A DNA stretch of 64,000 bases from assembly GCA_016928935.1 (NCBI GenBank), contig JAFGJU010000007.1, positions 7,172-71,171 of the forward strand, read 5' to 3'. Made by a program: the position numbers and the translations under genes. This DNA is from Candidatus Eiseniibacteriota bacterium. Its GTDB lineage: Bacteria > Eisenbacteria > RBG-16-71-46 > JAFGJU01. This document shows, one piece after another, positions 57,701 to 64,000 of this stretch. Every line of letters begins with the position of its first letter. Within the stretch, counting starts at the first letter, position 1. Under the pieces are notes generated by a model. The model did not search any database. It was not told the DNA's origin and worked only from the letters and a program-made list of their open reading frames with translations.

Positions 57701-57838
57701 CACTCGCCAGTCAAACTGCCTGTACTGGACCTTGTTCTTGCCGAAGGTCTGCGCCGTTGCCTGAGTCCCGTGGAAGAGACCCGTCGCCAGCGCGGCCGCA
57801 AATAAAGTCACGATTGCCCGATGCCTTTTCCTAAACAA
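54746..57838 (-). CDS. multi-domain outer-membrane protein: peptidase-MA-like (HExxH) domain + TolB-like PD40 beta-propeller + C-terminal Omp85-family beta-barrel
   Basis: TTG start at 57838 with GAGGAGG SD gives the signal peptide MFRKRHRAIVTLFAAALATGLFHGTQATAQ. N-terminal HELVHAYVFD...NEGLAEYE is zincin-like. At least six PD40 repeats (WSPDGKRIA..). The C-terminus shows an Omp85 barrel signature (LRGY, GVLFADVG, ...HVSFGGEF). Confidence 0.7.
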   Translation of the reverse strand: MFRKRHRAIVTLFAAALATGLFHGTQATAQTFGKNKVQYRQFDWRVASSQNFDVYFYSGGDSLAAVVLDLAEQAAVKLTADLGHRLQKKVPIIVYGSQYDFQQTNVVTELLEEGVGGFTELFKNRVVVPFTGSYEDLRHVVVHELVHAYVFDMMFGGVFNSILSAQYLYQIPLWFNEGLAEYESLGWDETLEMVVRDAAVSGYAVSLDRLGESYLTYKMGQSAIGFLVQRHGPEKLKEILKNLRINKNIDHAFERALGTDTEKFSEAWMEAVRKEYWPEVANREAAEKFGRRITDHGKDGSFMNISPAVSPKGDKLAYLTDRYGYMDVVVASAIDGKVMRRLVRGEKSMQFEVIPLFRSSVTWSPDERRIAFVAKSGKGDVLYLIDSGSGRVKKKFRPDLKTISFPSWSPDGKRIALTGLKDGLSDLYLLDVDSGRLERLTCDRYDDVEASWSRDGRLIAFSSDRREPFSLGVDASRTGIGVYSIHVIDPVTREIRKVVDTGGSDRSPSWSPDGGSIVFSSSPDRTSNLYVFDLRDSTVLQLTDVLGGVFSPHWSAGDRLAFYGFSEAGYDVYVSKEPMGLKAVMEDLKREGRIRPYAAEPESLRVAEMFGGPDVSAPWPTEAGADRDSSEAGLGLLPAGGPALLPLGLDTLAATDSTPGVPWSSATALAQARDYSIRFSPDWVTGGFEYSSAYGFGGSTQLSLSDFLGNHRIYVATDFFSSFEETDLVGIYYYLPRRLDLGVGAFHYKSYYYSRTTALGEEFSEEKYFSDRNYGFMLLASYPFGRFNRVDLDLTHLSVDREFFEYDTTSGGYLTLESVSTQTRRMFSPGITFVGDTVQWGMFGPVSGSRWALSYSTALKVSRESMRFQTVWADMRKYFRVSPGYSFAFRLVGAMSEGRDAQSFFVGGAYTLRGYEDFEFVGTRVAFLNSEFRFPFIDRLGLVWPLPIGVRNVGGVLFADVGLAWSDDETFRPFSRAGGLHIDGQYGGASFGTGIRTGISFILVKLDFAWRTDFQEVSGYRAHVSFGGEF

Positions 57839-57907
57839 CTCGTTCCTCCTCAGGGCATTCTCGGCTCCGAGACCGGAAACCTCCGGAGAACGGCGAGACG
57901 ACACCCG

Positions 57908-60900
57908 TCAGTACTCGTACTTGAGCCTCAAGTCCAGCGTGTACTCGTCTCTGTCCTTCCCCGTCAGTCTGTCTTTGCTTGTCACGCCACCCCTTAAGAA
58001 AAGCAGTTCGCTCAGCCTGTATTCTATCGAAACGTCTCTCTCGGATGACCTTACCAATCCCTGGGAGTACCGCAGGTAGAGCTCGGGCGTCACGTACTTG
58101 CCCAGACCCCATCTGAGCTCGTTCAGAGAACTCCCACCTTCCAGACTACCACCAAGCTCAATGGAGTCAACCCACTTCAACTCCCTCGCCAGCCTCCTCT
58201 CCACCTGCCGCAGGAAGTAATTGCCCACCGATCCTGTGACTCCTGGCACGATGCCGGTCTCGGAAGTCTCACTGGGGGACGCGTCCACGTACTTGCCGAG
58301 GGTCAGCAGCCGCAGCACCTCCGCCTGCGTGAGGTTCTCGTCCTCGCACGTGAACCGGATGTTCGGCTCGCTCAGCTTTCCGGTCAGCGTCAGGAGTATC
58401 TCACGACCGGACGCGCTGGTTTGAGCTTCTATGTTCAATTCCGGGTCGATCCGGCCGACGTCCTTGAACTCCAGGCTGCCGGACACTATCCTGAACTCGT
58501 TGTCGAAGACGTAGTACTTGCCCCGCAGGATCCTCAGAGTGCCCAACAGGACCATCCCGCCCGTGTCTTTTTTCGCCGTCAGGGACCCGGCAAGCTCTAT
58601 CTCGGCGTCGATGTTCTTCAGCCAGACGTTGTTCGGCACCTCAAGCTCTACGTCGCACAGCCACCTGGATGCTCCCCCTCCTCCGACTCCGCTCGTGAAC
58701 TCGCGGGCTATGACGCCCTGTCTCACGTCGATTCTACCCGTTATCAGGGGCCACGTTCCGGAGCCGGCCACTTCGACCGAGGAGATCACGAGGTCGCAGT
58801 CAAACTTCATGGCCATGTCGTCGGGGTCACCAGCGGTGACCTTCTTGCCCTTGACCGCGAACCTGTACTCACCCCGTCTTGGCTGGCCGATGTGAATGCG
58901 GCCGTTTCCTTCCAGACGCCCTTCCTGCCCCTGCGTGGCGGAGAACCTGACCAGCTCCAGGACCTTCTCGTCCAGCGTGACCTCCGCCTCCAGGTGCTCG
59001 AACACCTCCTCCCTTCCGGCCGGCCTGAGGGTCGCTCCGGACACGCTGAAGGCGCCCTCCATTTCCGGATCCTTGACTCGCCCGGACATCCGCACGGAAC
59101 CCCGAATCATCCCCGACGAAGAGGCGATCTGCTTTATGAACAACGAGGCCACCGCGAAATCGCTCTCCGCAAGCTGTACGTCCAGGTCCAGCGGGCCGTC
59201 CGGAATCATCACTCTTCCCCTACACAGGTCCACGTCCAGCGGAAAAGACCCCCGCATGCTTCCCCTTGCATTTCTCTCGGTGACTTCCAGCCGCGACACG
59301 GTGCAGACGCCGCCCGACAGCGACGCCTCGGCTCCCACCCCGGAAACCTCATACCCATCTATCCTCACGTCCGTTCCCGAGACCGCCAGTTTGACACTGG
59401 GCTCCTCGAGCCGGCCCTCCACGCGGAGCGACGCGCTCACGCGGCCGCCGAGAGAATCCAGCGTCTCGTGCCAATCCGCCAGGGAGGACATGTCCAGGTC
59501 GTGCACTTCCGCAACGAGGTCCGCCGAGGCTCCCGAGGGCAGCGACCGCCTGGCGGAAAGCGTGTCCGCTAGCCCCGGAAGGCCGCACGGCAGAGACACC
59601 CTGCCCGACACTTCCACCGTCCCGCCCGCCTTGAGCAGCTTGAGCTTCCTTATATCGACCTCTCTCTCGTCCGCGACGGCGGACAAGGACAGCCCGTCGA
59701 ATCTCCTGCCCGAGATGGATGCGTCTTTCCAGTCGAGCTCCGCCTCAAGCCGCGTAGAACCTCCGTCTCGCTCCGCCTCCAGGCGGCCCTTCAATTTCCC
59801 CGCCACGGGCAGGAACCTGCCCGCCACGGCGGACAGGTCCGTGACGTCGGCCTCCAGCGTTCCGACGGACTTCTCGGCCCGGGGCTCAATAGACCCGTCG
59901 AGAGACAGAGTCCCGTGCTGCGACGCCAGCTTGAGCCCCGACACGCGCAACGTGCCGTGTTCCCAGTCCAGTCTGAACGACCGGGGAGCCGTCCATCGAG
60001 TCCTGCCGGCGGCCAGCGTGAGCCCGGTCACGCCCGCATGCACTCCATCGCGGTTCACCTCGACCGAGGCGTCCGCGGACAACGAAGTGTCCGCTCTCAG
60101 GGCGCTCAGGCTGGCCATGATCAGCGTCTCGCCGGGCCCGGTCGGCTGAACACCCAGGAGCTCGAGGCCCGGTGGCTGTGCCGCCGACTCCGCTCCTCCT
60201 TTGAGAAGCACGGCCCTGGCTCCCACGGAGTCCACGGACGAGCCGAACAGCGTCGCCGGCGCGAAGCTGGCGCTCGTCCCGAGGCACACCACCGGCCACA
60301 CCTGGCCTTTGACCACCGCAGCCTTCATCAGTCCGCTCACCGTGCTGGGCGACGTGCCGTCCACGGCACCGTAAGCGGAGGCGTCAAGGAGCAGCTTCCG
60401 GCTGTCGCCCTCAAGCCTTCCGTTCACCCTCAGGTCTCCGGTGAGACCGAACCGGTCCCTGACCCACGAGAACTCATCCAGCTCCTTAACAGTCCCGTCG
60501 AAGTCGAACTCCTTGGCGCCCTCTGGGCTCATCCGTCCGCTGACGGTCGCGCTGTACCCTGCCCCCTGTATCTCCACCCCCGGGACCACGAGCCCGCCCT
60601 GGCCGTCGAACTCGCCGATTAGGTCCGCGCGCAGGAACGAGAACCCGGCGTAGTCACCGCCGTCCAGGATTACCTCAAAAGTGCCCTGCCGGCCGGACGA
60701 CGTGAGTGACTTCCCCGCGAACCTGAACGCTCCGTCCAGCGACCCGTGGGGGATCTCCTCCTGTCCGAGCAACTCCGGCCAGTCCCCAGGGTCGAACACC
60801 CGGAAGTCCACAGCGCACTCCTGGCGCGAGTCAGGCATCGCGTCGAACGTGCCCTCCAGCACACTCCCGTTCGACAGAAGTCTGAACCCGGCGTGCCACC

Positions 60901-61852
60901 TCTTGTGTCCCAGCTCCGCGGAGGCCTCAAGTGATTCCACCGGGTGGTTCCCGTACGCGCCCGCCAGGTCGCACTCGAGGGCCGTCGGCCCGTAGCCCTT
61001 CCGCGTCACACTCGCCCTGCCCGAGAGCTCTCCCCCGTCAGGCAGGAAAGAAAGCTGCTGGAACCTTCTCATCTCCCCGAGCGACAGCCTCTCGACCAGA
61101 AAGTCGAGGTCGATTACCTTCTCGCCGCCGAACGCATAAAGGCCGCGCACTGAGAAGGACGACGACGGCGTGGTCACACTCAAGCTGTCCGAGCCCACAC
61201 TACTGCCTCTGAAGAAGAGGTCGCCGCTCAACTTCTCTGCGGTGTGGCCCCACGGCAGGACTGAGAAGCTCGTCGTCGTGCCCTTCAGGCCGATGACTCC
61301 GCTCGTGTCACGCTCGAACGAAGTCTCGAGGTCGATGTCCGAGAACAACAGGTCGTCCTTCCGCCTGTGGACTTTGAAGAACCCCCCTCTCACGATGAGC
61401 CGGTCTATGCCTATCTTGAAACCGGGTCCGACTCGCGGACCCTTCTTCTTCTTGAAGTGCGGCCAGAGACGTCGCCCCGATGAGCCTCTCTCCGCCGACA
61501 CGACCGGGCGCTCCACGTCCACGACGTCCACTTCAACGGCATGCCTGGATATCTTCGACACGCTGAAGTCCACCTTGATTGCCTGCACGGTCACGAAGGT
61601 CTTCCATGCGTTGCCGTCTCTGACGAGCAGGCTCACGTCGTGGAGCTTGAGTGCTCCCAGAGGATTCCCGGACACGTTGCCGATTTCTATTCTGGTGGAG
61701 TCGTTGTCTATGAGATTATTCTGCAGGAGCTGTTCCAGCCTCGCGGCAAGCGCGGGCCTTCGAGTCTGCCACACGACCACTGCGGCCGCCAGCGCCACCA
61801 CGACCAGTAGTGCCAGCGAGATGAACGCTATCCTGAGACCCTTTCGAATCAT
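57908..61852 (-). CDS. tamB: translocation and assembly module protein TamB (DUF490/AsmA-like)
   Basis: 1314 aa with an N-terminal TM anchor (LRIAFISLALLVVVALAAAVVVW), a long beta-helical taco region, and a conserved C-terminal DUF490-like segment ending ...LDLRLKYEY. Confidence 0.8.
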   Translation of the reverse strand: MIRKGLRIAFISLALLVVVALAAAVVVWQTRRPALAARLEQLLQNNLIDNDSTRIEIGNVSGNPLGALKLHDVSLLVRDGNAWKTFVTVQAIKVDFSVSKISRHAVEVDVVDVERPVVSAERGSSGRRLWPHFKKKKGPRVGPGFKIGIDRLIVRGGFFKVHRRKDDLLFSDIDLETSFERDTSGVIGLKGTTTSFSVLPWGHTAEKLSGDLFFRGSSVGSDSLSVTTPSSSFSVRGLYAFGGEKVIDLDFLVERLSLGEMRRFQQLSFLPDGGELSGRASVTRKGYGPTALECDLAGAYGNHPVESLEASAELGHKRWHAGFRLLSNGSVLEGTFDAMPDSRQECAVDFRVFDPGDWPELLGQEEIPHGSLDGAFRFAGKSLTSSGRQGTFEVILDGGDYAGFSFLRADLIGEFDGQGGLVVPGVEIQGAGYSATVSGRMSPEGAKEFDFDGTVKELDEFSWVRDRFGLTGDLRVNGRLEGDSRKLLLDASAYGAVDGTSPSTVSGLMKAAVVKGQVWPVVCLGTSASFAPATLFGSSVDSVGARAVLLKGGAESAAQPPGLELLGVQPTGPGETLIMASLSALRADTSLSADASVEVNRDGVHAGVTGLTLAAGRTRWTAPRSFRLDWEHGTLRVSGLKLASQHGTLSLDGSIEPRAEKSVGTLEADVTDLSAVAGRFLPVAGKLKGRLEAERDGGSTRLEAELDWKDASISGRRFDGLSLSAVADEREVDIRKLKLLKAGGTVEVSGRVSLPCGLPGLADTLSARRSLPSGASADLVAEVHDLDMSSLADWHETLDSLGGRVSASLRVEGRLEEPSVKLAVSGTDVRIDGYEVSGVGAEASLSGGVCTVSRLEVTERNARGSMRGSFPLDVDLCRGRVMIPDGPLDLDVQLAESDFAVASLFIKQIASSSGMIRGSVRMSGRVKDPEMEGAFSVSGATLRPAGREEVFEHLEAEVTLDEKVLELVRFSATQGQEGRLEGNGRIHIGQPRRGEYRFAVKGKKVTAGDPDDMAMKFDCDLVISSVEVAGSGTWPLITGRIDVRQGVIAREFTSGVGGGGASRWLCDVELEVPNNVWLKNIDAEIELAGSLTAKKDTGGMVLLGTLRILRGKYYVFDNEFRIVSGSLEFKDVGRIDPELNIEAQTSASGREILLTLTGKLSEPNIRFTCEDENLTQAEVLRLLTLGKYVDASPSETSETGIVPGVTGSVGNYFLRQVERRLARELKWVDSIELGGSLEGGSSLNELRWGLGKYVTPELYLRYSQGLVRSSERDVSIEYRLSELLFLRGGVTSKDRLTGKDRDEYTLDLRLKYEY

Positions 61853-61866
61853 GTCCTGCAGTAACC

Positions 61867-63783
61867 TCAGAAGGCCTGACCCAGGCTGAAGTGGAACTGC
61901 CCCCTGTCGCCTTCGTCGTACGGCGACAGCTTGAGCTTTCGGCCGTAGTCAACTCTGATGGGACCCACTGGAGTCCTCAGTCTCAGCCCCCCGCCGTAGG
62001 AGTACCTGTAGTCGGCGTCACCGGCCGTGGCGCCCCGAAGCGAAAACTGGCCGGTCTTTATGTCCGACGGATTCGCCCACACGTTGCCCCCGTCGAAGAA
62101 GACCGCTCCCGACAATCGCCAGAAGAGAGGGAACCTCACCTCCACGTTGCTCAGAATGAGAAACCTGCCTCCGGCTATGTTGCCGGAGGAGTCTCTCGGG
62201 CCTATTTCGTCGTCCTCCAGGTACCCGCGCACGCTCATGGCCCCACCCGTCCTGAAACGCTCCTCGAACGGAACCCTTTCGAGGGGGCTCACGCCGAAGG
62301 TCCTGCCGAAAGGCTCCTCGTACCCGACCTTGAACCGTGCTGCCACGACCGCCGATCCCGCAGGCGTGTACCAGCTGGACGAGAAGGAGAGCTTGTGGAA
62401 GCTGTAGTTGCCCCCCAGTGCGCCGCCCGCGACTTTCCACGACGACTCCTGGTAAGACCCCCTGCCGGGGTCGAATATGTCGTCCCTGAGGTCGCGCGTT
62501 CCGGAGAGGTAAAGGCTCCTTGTGACGTATTCGTCTCTTATGGCAGTGGGGTCGGTCGTGTTCACCCATCTGTTGTCGTAGCTCAGGTACACCTTGGAGA
62601 ACGACGACAGGTCTCGCTTTGCGGTGAAGGTGACGCCGTCGAAGTCCTGCGAAAACGCGGCCTCCTTCTTGTATTCGTGGTAGGCCACCAACTGTCCCGC
62701 AGTCCGCGTGCCGAAGAGCCACGGCTCCACGAACCCCACTTCCAGCCGCGACTGGTCCAGCACCGCCTCGCCCTCGGCGAGCCACCTCCTGCCGAAGGCC
62801 ACTTCGGCGGAGCTGACAAGCCGCCTGCCCATCCCGCCGACGTTCCGGTGACCCCATTCCCCGAACACCTTGAGCTGGTCACTCGAGCCGTAGCCGATGC
62901 CGGTCCCGACCCAAGACATCTTCCGCTCCTTCACTCGCACGACCAAGTCGACGACGGGCACGACGCTGTCCGCGTTCACCGGCGAGAGGTCCACGTCCGA
63001 GAAAAGCCCGCTATCGAATATGCGCTGCTGGGTCTCTACAAGCTGCGAACGCTTGAGTACGTCGCCCTGCTTGAAGGTGACCTCCCTTCTCACCAGGCGC
63101 TCGGCGACAGTCTTGTTGCCCTGGACGGAGACGCCGCCGGCCACGGCCTGGATTCCCTCGCTCACCACGTAATTGGCGTCAGCCAGGTCCCCGTCGAACA
63201 CGGCGTTGTCCGACACCGTGGCATAGAAGTAGCCCGCCTCGGCGTATTTCTCCAAGATGGACTGCCTGTCTTCCTCCACCGCCACCGGGCTGAAAGGCCC
63301 TCCGGGCTGGAGCTTCAGTCCCTTCGCCAGACGGGCCTCCTGCAGCGCGGCCTCTCCGTCTATGCTGACCGACCTCACCACGACCATCGGTCCCTCCACG
63401 AATTCCAGATGGATGCTGACGGAGTTGCCTCTCGACGACCTCTCGACCCGCTCCGACAGGAGCTTGGCCTTCAGGTAGCCGTGCCTTCTGTACATACCCA
63501 GGATGGATTCGATGTCCGCGCTGAGGAAATCCTTCCGATAGACACTCTTCCTGAACGGCCTCAGGTAGGAGCGCTCCTTCGTCCTCATCACCTTCTTCAG
63601 GGTTCCGTCGGAGAACACCCGATTGCCGTCGATCTCTATGGAAGAAACGGAGGGCGGCTTGAAGGCGTCCTGGCAGAGCGACGTCCCCGGCGACGCAACG
63701 AGAAGCGAGGAAAGCGCGAGCGCGACTAGGCCTCTACTCAGTTTTGACCGCCCCTGCTGTGTCGGGTTCACCAGGGCTTCCAC
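61867..63783 (-). CDS. Omp85-family outer-membrane protein (BamA/TamA-like; about 3 POTRA domains + 16-strand barrel)
   Basis: POTRA-like repeats (VSSIEIDGNRVFSDGTLKKVM...), a barrel with VRGY, and a C-terminal ...FHFSLGQAF. The track GTG start overlaps rseP by 50 nt; an alternative GTG at 63771 gives the signal peptide MNPTQQGRSKLSRGLVALALSSLLVA. Confidence 0.8.
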   Translation of the reverse strand: MEALVNPTQQGRSKLSRGLVALALSSLLVASPGTSLCQDAFKPPSVSSIEIDGNRVFSDGTLKKVMRTKERSYLRPFRKSVYRKDFLSADIESILGMYRRHGYLKAKLLSERVERSSRGNSVSIHLEFVEGPMVVVRSVSIDGEAALQEARLAKGLKLQPGGPFSPVAVEEDRQSILEKYAEAGYFYATVSDNAVFDGDLADANYVVSEGIQAVAGGVSVQGNKTVAERLVRREVTFKQGDVLKRSQLVETQQRIFDSGLFSDVDLSPVNADSVVPVVDLVVRVKERKMSWVGTGIGYGSSDQLKVFGEWGHRNVGGMGRRLVSSAEVAFGRRWLAEGEAVLDQSRLEVGFVEPWLFGTRTAGQLVAYHEYKKEAAFSQDFDGVTFTAKRDLSSFSKVYLSYDNRWVNTTDPTAIRDEYVTRSLYLSGTRDLRDDIFDPGRGSYQESSWKVAGGALGGNYSFHKLSFSSSWYTPAGSAVVAARFKVGYEEPFGRTFGVSPLERVPFEERFRTGGAMSVRGYLEDDEIGPRDSSGNIAGGRFLILSNVEVRFPLFWRLSGAVFFDGGNVWANPSDIKTGQFSLRGATAGDADYRYSYGGGLRLRTPVGPIRVDYGRKLKLSPYDEGDRGQFHFSLGQAF

Positions 63784-64000
63784 CTTTCACTTCGACCGAT
63801 TTGCCCAGTGTCGCCCTTCCTCTCTGGACGATTCTGGCGAAGTCGACCCAGAAGGAAAAAAGAATCAGGGTGCCCACGATCGCGAGTCCGATCCGTTGGA
63901 GCACCAGCTGCTTTGACATGCTCAGGGCCTTTCCTCTCAACCCCTCGACCAGACAGAACATCACGTGGCCCCCGTCCATTATCGGAATCGGCAGCAGGTT
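63734..64000 (-). CDS. rseP: RIP zinc metalloprotease RseP, C-terminal part (gene continues beyond the window)
   Basis: The frame is open to the window edge. IPIMDGGHVMFCLVEGLRGKALS...IGLAIVGTLILFSFWVDF matches the RseP C-terminus (PDGGH and last TM). Confidence 0.6.
   Translation of the reverse strand, partial: NLLPIPIMDGGHVMFCLVEGLRGKALSMSKQLVLQRIGLAIVGTLILFSFWVDFARIVQRGRATLGKSVEVKGGSPGEPDTAGAVKTE

Noticed and set aside
61891-63729. 612-aa plus-strand ORF antisense to the Omp85 gene, and similar plus ORFs across tamB
   Set aside because: These are antisense to a beta-barrel gene with clear VRGY and C-terminal Phe signatures, and have GC-rich artefact composition.
1-64000. tRNA, rRNA, CRISPR arrays, IS elements, integrases
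   Set aside because: No T-loop GTTCGAATC-like motifs appear in intergenic regions. No rRNA-like conserved blocks, no regularly spaced direct repeats, and no transposase or integrase-like translations are seen in any frame.

Overview
This window is from a high-GC (about 64-65% by eye) Gram-negative bacterium; both strands are densely coding, with many antisense ORF artefacts in the six-frame track. I support about 55 genes, many overlapping by 1-4 nt or using GTG/TTG starts. The main feature is a compact bacterial microcompartment (BMC/metabolosome) operon on the minus strand (29215-34878). It encodes the phosphotransacylase PduL, two BMC-H hexamer proteins, two BMC-P vertex proteins, one tandem BMC-T protein, a CoA-acylating aldehyde dehydrogenase with an N-terminal encapsulation-peptide-like helix, and a PduS-like RnfC-type Fe-S flavoprotein. 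The locus contains no recognisable signature enzyme (diol dehydratase, ethanolamine lyase, glycyl-radical enzyme, aldolase or aminotransferase) and no alcohol dehydrogenase, so its substrate is unknown and the BMC type may be undescribed. An ~800-bp non-coding region lies upstream of the operon, and a zinc-ribbon (FmdB) gene and an HU gene lie directly downstream. Left of the BMC locus are an M16 peptidase pair and a Bacteroidetes-style ExbB-ExbD-ExbD-TonB-PstS-like-TPR cluster. These are followed by a K+-independent H+-pyrophosphatase, a blasticidin-S-deaminase-like cytidine deaminase, a class C beta-lactamase-family hydrolase and a bacterial class V FBP aldolase/phosphatase. Next comes a ComEC operon coupled to a TPR protein and a degenerate PP2C + PEGA protein, then an MltD-like lytic transglycosylase, a PorV-like outer-membrane protein, a PilZ protein and RNase R. 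Right of the BMC locus are a tandem-PDZ protein, a beta-helix protein, an AsmA-PtsN-Zn-ribbon-HD cluster and one long minus-strand operon. That operon is rseP - Omp85(BamA/TamA) - tamB - peptidase-MA/TolB-propeller/Omp85 fusion - uvrD - gatCAB - larA-like - purD - purE - tsaC - LMW-PTP - rpiB::glyA fusion. I found no tRNA, rRNA, CRISPR array or obvious mobile element. All calls come from reading the translations and sequence by eye; no database search was run.
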